IMG/VR virus record: IMGVR_UViG_3300020177_000966
DNA from: a virus
Taxonomy: Duplodnaviria > Caudoviricetes
Direction: 5' to 3' (one strand)
DNA: 64,000 nt
Shown: positions 37,701-50,200 of the stretch, piece by piece
Layout: each line of letters opens with the position of its first letter
How positions within the stretch are numbered: the stretch's first letter is position 1
Notes under the pieces: generated by a model
The model's input: the letters and a program-made list of their open reading frames with translations, nothing else
The model's database searches: none
What the model was told of the DNA's origin: nothing
Made by a program: the position numbers and the translations under genes

Positions 37701-38230
37701 GCGATGAAGTAATTTATCATCCAGTTAGATACAAGCCGTTATTTGGCTCTCATGCTCAACCATCCTTGCAAGCAACATTTAAAATTGTAAAAAACACAAG
37801 TGAAGTGGTAAACGATAACGATTTAAAATCAAGAATTATTGCATCAATTAATAAATTTTTTGCATTGTCTAATTGGGACTTTGGAGAAACATTTCATTTT
37901 TCCGAGTTAGTAACTTATGTAATGAATCAAAATGCGCCAGATATTTCAAACATGCTAATTGTTCCTAAACAAGGATCCCAAGCGTTTGGTAGTCTATACG
38001 AAATTAAATGCGAAAATGATGAATTATTTGTAAGTGATGCAACCGTAGATGATATAGAAATAATTGATTCAGTTACAGCATCTAAAATTCAAGCAAGTGG
38101 TGCAGTTGTTACTAGTACCGGTACAAACAATGTTGGAATACAAAGTCAACCGTTAACAAGCACAGCAACAAACAATTCGAGCTCAACTAGCTCAAGCGAT
38201 ACTAACAGCAGTGGAGGCAGTAGTTACTAA
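34742..38230 (+). CDS. gp6: Baseplate wedge protein gp6-like
   Basis: DFDTLRRSMINYL...NENFLELAERRDSVLRLARMLSYNP; FADGTFG; QNRMVTGEDY. Confidence 0.85.
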   Translation: MSSTDRQNRLLLSEDWKKVYQSYRNAEFRSYDFDTLRRSMINYLRTNYPEDFNDYIDTSEYLALIDTIAFLGQNISYRVDLNARENFLELAERRDSVLRLARMLSYNPKRNQAANGLIKFDTVSTTEEIFDSNGFNLADQTVIWNDPSNSNWPEQFRRVLNAALPQNNTIGKPTKTASINSVLTQQYRFKSNNVDVPVYGFSKAVNGLTTQFEVVSTDIDLINSKLVEEPPIPGNSLAFLYREDGRGTASSNTGYFLHFRQGSLSSSQFTVDNPSANQKIAIEAENINNSDIWLYQVNSSGVPTSLWTKVSSIEGNNAIYNSVSKGTRNFYVVQTRANDEISLIFADGTFGSLPGGNFRIFYRTSANRSMKIKPEELTSINISLDYISKAGTIETLTIGLELKENVTNATTSESTPSIRQNAPQTYYTQNRMVTGEDYNIIPLTINQEIVKVKSTNRISSGISRYFDLKDVTGKYSSTNLFASDGIIYREEFEDKQSFTFSNQTDIEGTIENLILPIIKSRSISNFYFSNYAKIIVSDLNATWVQSTKGTNISTGYLVNTSDIPYQTGTFTGGSLKYLEAGALLKFKPPAGFYFLGDGLTSNANAKGASTYKWVKVISVNGAGTSVDSVTGVGPIVFNEILPANSVLEEVKPKLVKDITSDVRSQIIDQVFAYKTFGLRYDQVNRIWRVIINENLNVASTFSNGKTGDVTNNQLDASWIILFQTNGEKYTITNRGLKYIFESDKELSFYFDGQNKIYDSATGQLVKDKVSILNYNTKPDSLNAFNSDIPWEIVSEYRNQDGYVNSKKVEVSFFDVNEDGSVDDPDIFDNVVAPQVLPLTKYIFLKRVETDQGFYKYNYYADGGNIDVVNTEIEIGSFVDYPEGKVFYIVNTKNFKVLTNGILTLTSDYQAYTGRDDLKFQYVHSADESNRIDPSVSNIIDVHMLTRSYDNLYRQYLAGTLEEQPLPPSSDELYQNYGVLINQYKSISDEVIYHPVRYKPLFGSHAQPSLQATFKIVKNTSEVVNDNDLKSRIIASINKFFALSNWDFGETFHFSELVTYVMNQNAPDISNMLIVPKQGSQAFGSLYEIKCENDELFVSDATVDDIEIIDSVTASKIQASGAVVTSTGTNNVGIQSQPLTSTATNNSSSTSSSDTNSSGGSSY

Positions 38231-41200
38231 TGGCGCAAGATGAAAATGGTATTCCAATTGATGATGATTCTAAAAGACGCACCGCTGATATGTTGCCTCG
38301 CTATTTTAGAACAACAGCAAATAAAAAGTTTTTAAGTAGTACTTTAGATCAGTTAATGCAACCAGGTGTTGTACAAAAGACTGACGGATTTATCGGAAGA
38401 AAAAATGCAAAAGCCTTTAAGACAGGCGACAATTATATTGCAGAACTAGCAGGTGATAGACGTAACTATCAATTAGAACCAGTTGCATTGGTTGAAGATA
38501 CACTTGGAAATACTACTTTTTATAGAGATTATAGAGACTATGTAAATGCTAGTAAAATTAGAAACGGCGAAGTAGATAATCATAGCTTACTAAACAGTCA
38601 AGAATACTATGCTTGGAGTCCTCATATTGATTGGGATAAATTTGTAAACTTTCGTGAATATTATTGGCTACCAGCAGGTCCTAGTTCTATTCCTGTATAC
38701 GGAAGTTCAACAGAAATTGTTAGTACCTTTACAGTAGGAAAGCAAGACAATACTGATAATTTTGCATATACATTTAATCCAGATGTTCCGACTAGTAATC
38801 CTACACTAACATTGTATAGAGGACAAACATATACATTTGATATTAACACAGTTGATATGCCGTTGTCAATTAGAACAAGCAGATCAGTTAAAGACGATTC
38901 TAATCTCTATAATGTTGGAGTAAGTCAGCAAAGCGTAGAAACCGGACAATTTACATTTGTTGTAGATCTTGAATCTCCTGATTATCTGTATTATACAAAC
39001 GACAATGATATCGAAGCATCGGGTTTAATTATTATTAAAAATATTATTGATGCTACTGAAATTAATATTACTGCTGAAATTTTAGGCAAAAAAACATACA
39101 CCATGCAGAATGGATATGAACTATCTAACGGCATGAGAGTTAACTTTTACGGAAAAGTAACTCCTGAAATTTATGCAACTGGAACATGGTATGTTGAAGG
39201 AGTTGGAAATAGTATTAAATTAATTTCAGAATCAGATCTTGTTATTACAGCTGACTATCTATTAGATCAAGGCGTTGAATATGATATGCAAGGTTTTGCT
39301 GATCTACCATTTGATGAAGCAATTTCGTATGCTACTCTCAAAGATTATATTGTTATTAACAGAGCAGCCAAAGATAGAAATCAATGGTCTCGTTATAATA
39401 AATGGACACATAAAACTGTTATTGAAACTACTGCATTAATTAATAATGTACCGGCAGAACTTGATCAAACCTACAGAGCTACAAGACCTATTATTGAGTT
39501 TGAACCAGGTTTAAAACTTTTTAATTATGGTACTGAAGCAAAAGGTGCTGTTGACCTAGTTGATACTGTAACAACAGACGTATTTTCAGATATTGAAGGA
39601 CAAGTAGGTTATTTTGTCGACGGCATTGAACTTGTAAACGGTATGAGAGTATTGTTTACCGCAGATCCAGATTCATTAGTTAGCGGCAAGATTTATGAAG
39701 TTAAATTTATTTCTCATAATGGTAGCAGACAAATTACATTAATAGAAACTACTGATACTACACCATTAGAAAATGAAACAGTACTAGTTAAATCTGGTGA
39801 AAAATTTAAAGGTAAAGTTTTCTACTATACAGGAACAGTTTGGAAACAAGCACAAGATAAAACATCTGTAAATCAGCAACCTTTGTTTGATTTATATAAT
39901 GATCAAGGAATTGCGCTATCTACATTAGACGGAAGTTCTTTTGCTGGTAACAAAATTTTTAGTTATAAGGTAGGAACAGGAACTAATGATACTGAATTAG
40001 GATTCCCACTGTCATATAGAACTATTGAAAATAGTGGCGATATTGTATTTGATTTTAATTTATTATCAGACACTTACCAGTATGATGTTTTAACTGACGT
40101 ATTTAACGTAAGCACTGATACAGGACTATTAAGAAAATATACTGACAGAACAACTTATAGCAGTTTGTCAGGTTGGACCAAAGCGGCTACAAAATCAGTA
40201 CAGCCAGTTATTCAACAACCAACAGTTGATACTAGAACAAATAACTTTATTATCGATGTTTATGATAATAGTGCTACTATTGCTGATTTAGAAATTAAAG
40301 TTTACGTCAATAATAATCGCAAAAAAGAAAATACTGATTATCTAATTGATAGGTTTAATGGATACTGTTATATTAATTTCAATAATGATCTTACTGTAGG
40401 CGACAAGTTAGTTATTAAAACTTATACTAAGACTCCAAAGAATACTAGAGGATATTACGAGTTTCCGACTAACTTAGAAAAGAATCCACTAAACGAAAAT
40501 GTTGAATCATTTACATTAGGTGAAGTTTTAGATCATGTAGGTAGTATTGTTGATAATGCAAAAGATTTTAATGGAATATTTCCAGGATCGAGTAATTTAA
40601 AAGATCTAGGAGATGTTACTCCGTTAGGATTAAGATTTGTACAACATAGTGGCCCAATTAACCTTGCACTGTATAATATTACAAATAAAGATTTTGATGC
40701 AATTAGAGCTATTCGTTATTCTGGATTAGAGTACATTAAGTTTAAAAGAGAATTTTTGCGTGTAGCAAATGAGTTAGGTTTCGAAGGAGAAACTAAAGTA
40801 CACGTTGATAAGATTTTGCAATCTATTACTGAAGTACAAACTAATAAAGATCCATTTTATTTTAGTGATATGGTTCCGTTTGGTAGTGACACGTTAACTA
40901 GACATGTAATTGAAGATCAATCACAAACTGTATTTTCTTTAAAGCGTGGTATTGATTTTACAAAATTAAATCAGTATGCAGTTCTTCCGTATTTTAACGG
41001 AAGTTTGCTAGTTAAAGATAGAGATTATACTATAACTGTTGACGGCTTCTTAACACTTAATATAACAGTTACTAATAACGACATTTTAGATGTATATGAA
41101 TTTGAATCAACAGATGGTTGCTGGGTACCTCCAACTCCTACTAAGTTAGGATTGTATCCTAAATATACACCTGAAATATTTTTAGACGACACTTACATTA

Positions 41201-44200
41201 ATGTTGTAACCGAAGTTACTGGTCCTTATAAAGTATACGGACGAGACGAAACTACTACACAAAGTTTTAAAGGTAAAGTTGGTTGGTTCTATCCACTGTT
41301 TACATCTGAAGCAGATGCAATTGATTACGATACTGCCAACGGCGGCGCCGGAGTTGCACACGATCATGTATTTGCAGGTTGTAATCAGCTATTTTTTATG
41401 CCTTCGAGCTCTGCAAATCATGCAACAATCGATATTAATTCGTTTGAATCATGGCCAGGCGCACAACCAATGCTACAAGGACATGATGGGTCATTATGGA
41501 AATGTTATGGTGATTACAGAGATAGACTGCTATTAGACTTTGAAAGAAGAATTTATGATAACCTAAAACAGCAGTACAACGAAAATGTGTTTGATATTGC
41601 TGATTTTGTCGAAACAAGAACACGTAAAACAGGCTTCACACGTTATGGCACTGCTAGAACATTAATTTCTGAATTTAATAGATGGTTAGAAACAGTTGGA
41701 ACTCCTGACTATTCTGCAAACACCCGATTTGATAGAACTAACGGTTTTACATTTAGTTACAACAAATGGGCCGATGTTGAAAATAATTCTCTTCCAGGTT
41801 TTTGGAGAGCAATTTATAAGGACTTTTATAATACAGATAGACCGCACAGCCATCCTTGGGAAATTTTAGGACTAACTGAAAAACCTGATTGGTTTGATAC
41901 AGAGTACGGAACAGCACCATATACAAGAAATAATCTGTTGTTATGGAAAGACATGGCTAGTGGTATTGTTAGAGCACCAAATGAAAAAATTGTTTATAGA
42001 AACAAATTTAAAAATACTCTAATTTCTAAATACATTCCAACAGATGATCAAGGAAACTTGTTACCTCCTAATTTATCAGGAATAGCATTGTCTGGACTTG
42101 ATTCAAGTTATAGCGACGGATATGTATTCGGTGATGAAGGACCTGTTGAAACAGCATGGCGCCGTAGTTCACATTATCCATTTGCATTAATGGCATCTTG
42201 GGCAATTAATAATCCAGCACAGTTTTTTGGTATTGCATTTGATGTAAGTAGAATTAAGCGTAACGGAGCCGGAGAATTAGTTTATACTGAAACTAGTAAA
42301 AGAATTAGATTAGATAAATTAAAATTTCCAAATAGTGCTTCTGATAGTTCAAGAGTATTTACAGCAGGTATAATAAATTATATTCAAGGTTACTTGGCAC
42401 AAAATGAAACATTAAAATTTTCAACATATCAACAAGAACTAACTTCTTTACAAAATAAATTGGCATCTAAAATTGGTGGCTTTACTCAGAAGTCTAAATT
42501 TAGATTAATTCTTGATGCAAGAACTCCTACTAATGAAGGTAATGTTTTTGTACCGGACGAAAACTATAAAATTCAGTTAACAAAAAGTATACCAATTAAT
42601 GTATATTCATATAGTGGAATGATCATAGAAATTGTTCCGCAAGGTTATATAATTAGAGGATATGATAGAGATTTACCAATCTTTAAAACATATTCTGTCA
42701 TAAGAAAAAATAACGATAGATTAGTTCGTGTCGGCGGAGTGAGTGAATCTTTCTTAAATTGGGACACCGGTAAGTTTTATGAAGTTGGACAAATTGTAGA
42801 AAATAATAATGTATATTATCGAGTAAAAATTGGTCATACTTCTGGAACCTCATTTAATTTAGACAACTTCCAAAAATTAGCCGAACTTCCGGAAGAAGGC
42901 GGCGCACAGGCATTTTTCTCTAAGAATTTTGACACTAGAGAAGTTGTTGAAATTCCTTACGGAACACTAGTAAGCGATATTCAAGGAGTAGTTGATATTA
43001 TTCTTGGATATCAAAAATTCTTAGATAGTAACGGATTTAAGTTTGAACTTTTCAACCAAAATATTGAAGAAATTGAAAACTGGACATTATCTGCAAAAGA
43101 ATTTATGTTTTGGACTACACAAAACTGGGATACCGGTACTGTTATTACACTAAGTCCAAGTGCAAGACAGGTTATGTTCGCAGAGGCATATACTGTTGTT
43201 GACGACATTTATAATAATTTTTATGATTATAGTTTATTAAAAGCTGACGGCAAAAGATTACTTGCTGACTTTGCAACTACAGAAAGAGATACTACTAACT
43301 CTTTTGGTATCTATGTTAAAAATACTGAAGATGGAATATTCCATCTAAAAGTTCCTGTTGTACAACACGAACATGCAGTTATTATAGATAACAAAACAGT
43401 CTTTAATGATGTTATCTATAATAGAGCACAAGGATATAGACAAGAAAGAATTAAAGTTAAAGGTTATCGTTCAGACGAATGGAACGGATCTTATAATATT
43501 CCTGGATTTATATTCGATGATGCTAAAATTGAAGACTGGGCATCTTGGCAAGACTATTCTATTGGTGCATTGGTAAAGTACAAGCAATACTATTATGTTG
43601 CAAAAGTTAATGTTGTTGGTACAGAAACATTCAACGAAAGAAGTTTTGTTAGATTAAATGAAAAACCAGAACAGAAACTATTACCTAACTGGGACTATAA
43701 AGCAAAACAGTTTACTGATTTTTATGATCTTGATTCAGATAACTTTGACACAGAGCAACAGCGTTTAGCACAGCATTTAATTGGATATCAGAAACGTAGA
43801 TATTTAGAAAATATTATTAATGATGATGTAAGTCAGTATAAATTCTTCCAAGGCGCAATTCAAGATAAAGGAACAAAAAATGTACTTACTAAGTTGTTTG
43901 ATAAACTAGGTAGTGCAAATAAAGATAGCTTAGAATTTTTTGAAGAATGGGCAGTAAGAATTGGACGATACGGAGCAACAACAGGTGACGATCAGTTTGA
44001 TATAGTTTTTGATGAAGCTAGATACAGAATGGAACCACAAACTGTAGAGCTTGTCAATGAAATCGATCCGCAGGATACAAGTCTTGTTTATAGATTAACT
44101 AGAAATAATGTCTATGTAAAATCTCAAAATTATGACCATAAGCCGTTCCCTGTAAAATACTTTAATGATGATAACAGTTATACAAAAACAGCAGGATATG

Positions 44201-47200
44201 TAAACACAAATGATGTAAAATTATCATTACTAAACTATGATGATATATTAGATCAATCTATTTCAGCAATAAACACAGGTGAGTTTGTTTGGACAGCTAA
44301 TAATAAAAGTCAACAAACATGGAGTGTATACAAACACGCTACAACCGATTATGTAATTAAAAGTGTAACAGCAACATCAAATGGCACTTTTACTATTACT
44401 CTAAATCGCAAAACAAACTTTATTGTTGGTGACATTATTGGAGTTGTTGATACTAATGAAACCACAGACGGATTTTATAAAATTGCAGAGATTAATCTTA
44501 ATAAGATTACATTATCAACAACCGGTGAATCAACCGAGTTAGATGATATTAAAGGATATGTTACTTACTTTAAGCCAGTTAGATTGTCGAGATTATCAGA
44601 CGCAAATGCTATTATCGATGCACCTACTACGTTCTCATTAAGCGGTGATACATCTATCACTGACACTATTTGGGTAGATGACGACGATACAGGAAAATGG
44701 ATTGTATTAAAAAATAAACAAGTATACGAATTAAAACCAGACATTAAAAATGTTACAGCAGGTTTGTTAGATAGTACAGACAAAGATTTTGGTTCTGATA
44801 TCAGTGTTACAGAAAATAACAATACAATAGCAGTTTCGGCACCTAAAGACTTAAATGGTAGTGTTTATGTGTTTGCTAGACCTAGCGACAATACTGAATT
44901 TGGCCTTAGACAACAAATTGATGAATTTACAGGAATATTTGAATCCGGTGGCGGATTTGGATCAAGTGTTTCAATTTCACCAGACGGAGAATATCTTGCT
45001 ATAGGTTCTCCTAATGCATCTAATGTTAAGAGTAAATTTAGAGGCGATTATAAAAACACAGTAGCTTATAACATTAATGATATTGTATTGTACAGATCAC
45101 AGTTGTGGAAATCTAGAAAAGTTCAAGATGCTGACTCAATACAACAATTCTTAAGTCATGCATCAAACCAACAAAGTAAGATTGACGAATATGATAGCGA
45201 TGATCAATCTTATCCTGATGTTGAATATATGGTTAGAGGAAATTATACTATTAATGATGCGCCTGCTGATCATATTTTAATTAGAGCGCAAACTGAACAA
45301 TTTGAAGGAACTAAGCCCGGAGATGTACTTGAGCTAAAATGGAATAGATATACAACTACAACATCAGCAGGAATTGCACCGTTTAACGGAGACTCAGTTT
45401 TAAATGAAACATTTATTAACGGTAGTCATGAAATTGTTCATAAAGTAGAAGCTATTGTACATATTCAAAGTGCATTATCAATACCTGAGTCTGGAAGTGA
45501 TATTACTACTGATACTGCAAAAGCAACTATTGCTTATCGTTATGTAAACGATGAAAATCAAATGACTATCTATCTAAACAATCTAAACGGAGCATTTTTA
45601 GATACAGGGTCAATTTACCAAAACGGTGTGTTAGTTGGTGATTATGAAAGACAATTAAAAATTACAGACAATTATCATGCAGGATGGTGGCACATTAATG
45701 TAGGTTCAGAATTTAGTACAACTGAACTTGTAGAAACAAATGCTAACTTAGTAGTAACTGATATTAAATTAGAAAATGAAATAAGATCTAACTCACTCTT
45801 TACGAATATTTTAGATATTAAGAGATTAGCAAACACTACTACTCCTACATTTCCTTCAGAATTTGGCATACTGTCTCATAGACAAGGACAAACAGGAACG
45901 GTTATAATTGATGGCCGTTGGTGGTTTAGAACATCTACACAACATTATACTGATACATCAGTTAATGACGAAGTTAGTTTTTGGTTAAATCAAATTAGAG
46001 TAAACGGTAACGTACAAGATCCGCAACCTGTATTAGGATTAAGTTTTGATTATCTTAATAACTCAATCCATACCGTAGCTGATAAGTGGAACGGTTGGCT
46101 TGAAGTTAGATTAACAAACTTTGACTTATCAGGTAACCCATTTATTCCTTCTATTGGAACACAACTTATTGATAGTGCAACTGGTGAAACCGCAGAAGTT
46201 GCATGGATTGAACGAGCGTTTGGCGTAGCAAAAATTTATTTAAAAAATAAATCAGGACAGTGGGCGTTTGGTAGCGACTACGGACAAAACTCTACAGCAC
46301 AGTTTGTAGAAAACGATTCAACACTAAGAACAATTGGTCCTATTAATTCATGTCATCTTGAAAATGATATTAGTGGTGGATTAATTGTTATTGACACTAA
46401 TACTAACATTCCAGTTCCACCTAATCAAACATATCTAAGAGATTTAGAGTACTGGCACTACAGTTCAAACACAATTGACGGTATTTTAGAAACAGCAGAA
46501 ACACCGTCTTCATTAAACTTAGACTGGACAAGAGTTTACAATATTCCTGTAACAACATCAGGTTATGAAAGTGGAAACGATTCTGAAGGCACATTTGCAA
46601 TTTATAAAAAGACAGGATCTATATATCAACTTGTTAACTATTATACTGTTCCCAACTCTGATAATTTTAGAAAATTAGGAGCAAGTTGTAAGTTTGTACA
46701 GAAATCTTCAACATCTTACCGCTTGTTTGTTCTTGCTAAAGGAAATAATACCGAAGAAAATCAAGGTAGAATTTACTTCTTTGATAAAAACGAAACAGAA
46801 GATTGGAATTTAGGTATTGAACCGTTGTATAGAGGTATGCATAGTGTAAACGCTACTTACTTTGACGGCGAGTATGTAAGATTCGGAGATTCTATCTACG
46901 AAGCAAAAACTAATATAACACCTGGCGCATTTAATTTAGCAGAATGGGCAGAAATTAATTCAGGAGTAGACTTACTAGGGTATGTTCCTAATGATACAAA
47001 CTATTCTATTACAGAAAGTACATTAGAACAGCAATTCTTAGAAGAGATTGGCGAAGAGTTTGATACTAGCTCACTAGGAGAAGTCTTAGTATTAACTGCT
47101 AGATATACAAATCCTGATGATAGTAGTGTTCCTAACAGAAAAGTTGTAGTTTATAAGTTAGTAAATGATCAATATGTTTATAGTCAATTACTAGAACCAT

Positions 47201-50200
47201 TTAATTTAAGCGAAAATTACGGAAGTTCAATTGCAGTTTCTAACGATGGTAAAAAAATTGCAGTCGGCGCCCCTTATAATAGTGATATTTCACTTAATGG
47301 CGGAGCAGTATACGTTTATATTTTAAAAGACGGAGTATATACATTTACTCAAACACTTCGTCCTAAAGATTTAACAGATAATACACAATTTGGATTTAAA
47401 TTAGACTTCGATGGCAATACTCTTGCTATTACTTCTAAAGGTGGCGATATTATTAAGTATACTACATTTGATGTTGAGTTAACAACATTCGACGGCGATG
47501 CAACTAAACTTAATACTGTTGACAATGATAGTGGACTAGTGTCAATATACGAAACAATAAATGACACACTACTTTACGGACAAGACTTTTCATATGATAG
47601 AGATACTGAAAACTTTGGAAATATTATCAAAGTTAAAAATAATCACATATATTTAGGATTACCAGATCAAACAGTTACAACAAACAATACTGTTGATAAA
47701 GGTGTAGTTGCAGAATTTAGAAAGCCACTGAACTCAACGAGTTGGTCAATTGTAACATCGCCTGTACTACCTGCAGATCTTAGCAAGTTTAAAGGTGTGT
47801 ATCTTTATAACAAAACAAATAATGCACAAGTTGCATATCTCGACTATATTGATCCTATCCAAGGAAAAATTGCAGGTGTAGCTGAACAAGAAATATCTTT
47901 TAAAACTAGTTACGATCCTGCAAGATATACAATATCAACTGCTACAGGTGTAACACCGCAACCATTAGATTACACAAGTACAAAATGGGTTGGTAAATTA
48001 TGGTGGGATATTGATAGTGCTAGATTTATCAATCATCATCAGGGAGATATTACAGAATCAACTGCAACCTTTAATAAGTTGTACCCTGGTACTACAGTCG
48101 ATGTATATGAGTGGGTTGAGAGCAAATTAAGACCTAGTGAATGGGATACACAATCAGAAACAGAAGCAGGACTTGCTAAAGGTATTAGTGGTACATCAAA
48201 ATACGGTGATAGTGCATATTCTGTTAGACGCAAGTATAATAGTGCATCACAAACATTTACAACTTATTACTATTACTGGGTTAAGAATAAAGCAACAATC
48301 CCGGCAATTGAAACTAGAAAGTTATCAGCATTGTCTGTTTCAAGGATAATTAGTAATCCAGAAAATTCAAATATTAAGTTTGTTGCAATCTTAAGTAATA
48401 ATAGATTCGCAATTTATAACTGCGAATCTTTAATTAAAGATAAAGATATAGCGATCAGTTTTAACTGGTGGACAATAGATAACCAACAGCAAAATACACA
48501 TATTCAGTATCAGTTAATCAGTGACGGATTGGAAACTAGTCGTCCAAATAGTACAATTGAACAAAAATGGATTGATAGTTTAGTAGGATTTGACACTAAT
48601 GATAGACCGGTGCCTGATATTAATCTTCCAATTAAACAAAAATACGGATCTCTTAACGAACCTAGACAGAGTTGGTTTATTAATAAAACTGAAGCAAGAA
48701 AACAATTTGTTGAACGTGCAAATAAAATATTAGCAAACAATCTAATTGTTGACGAGTTTGATTTAACAAAATTAACAGATAGCGATCCTTTACCAACTAT
48801 CGCAACAGGTATATTTGATACAACTTCAGATTCATATGCAGAACTAAGATTTGTAAGTATTGCAAAAGTTAGACCTGCTACCTTACAACTTGAAATTGAA
48901 AACGGTGTTATCATTAATGTTTTAATTACAGACCCGGGACAAGGATATATCAACCCACCAACATACATTATTACAGATACACTAGGATCTGAAGGCGAGT
49001 TAGAGTTTACCCTAAACGCCAACGGAGGAATTAACAGTGTTAGGATTATTAATTCTGGTAAAAACTATACAAATAATGTTAAAATTTCTATTAGAAAATT
49101 TGCAGTATTGGTTAAGAGCGATGAGTCCATTAACGGTAAGTGGAGTGTATATCAATATGTATTAGGTGAATGGCAAAGAGTTCTTACTCAAAGCTATGAT
49201 GTAAATCTTTACTGGAAATACAAAGACTGGTATGATACAGGTTATAATCAATTTACATTAATCAATTATACACTTGAAGGCAGTTACCAAATTTATGGTC
49301 TTGCAGATAATATAGGTGATGTAATTAAAATTAGTAACGTTGGATCTGGCGGTTGGTTACTATTAGAAAAAATAGCTAACGAAGATACTGTTGATTATAG
49401 TGTTAACTATAAAACTATTGGTAGAGAAAGCGGTACAATTGAATTACTTGATTCTCTATACGATGTAACAAGTGACAATGTTGCATATGATGGCGCAAGT
49501 TTTGATAAAATATTTTATGATACAGAACCCGTTGCTGAATTTAGAAAAATAATTACTATCCTTAGAGATAACATTTTTATTGATCAATTACAGCTTCACT
49601 GGAATGAGATGTTCTTTGCAGGATTAAGATATGTATTCTCAGAACAACCAAATGTCGATTGGGCATTTAAAACAAGTTTTGTTAAGGCTAAACATAACAT
49701 CGGTGAACTAGAACAAAAAGTTACTTTCCAAAATGATAACTTATCTAGTTATGAAGATTATGTAGAAGAAATGAAACCTTATAAAACTAAAATTAGAGAA
49801 TACATTTCATCATATGAAAAAATTGATCCGGCTAATAATGTAGTTACTGATTTTGATCTAGCACCAGTGTATAATGAACAAGAAGGAAGAATTATTCCGC
49901 AGAGTGTTCAAGTTGTTAATAATGAAATTATTGCAGGTGTTGCTAATACTACAACATATCCTAGCAAACATTGGTTAGATAATGTTGGATTTGAATTAAC
50001 ACAAATTAACATTGCTGATGCTGGCAGTGGTTATACAAGTGCTCCTAAACTAGTAATTAGTGGCGGCGGCGGTACAGGTGCAACTGCTCAAGCATTTGTT
50101 GGTAACGGACAAATTACAAGTGTGCTAGTAACTAATTCAGGCAGTGGATACTTGTCTCAACCGACAATTGATATAATTGGATCATTAGAGGACGGCGGCA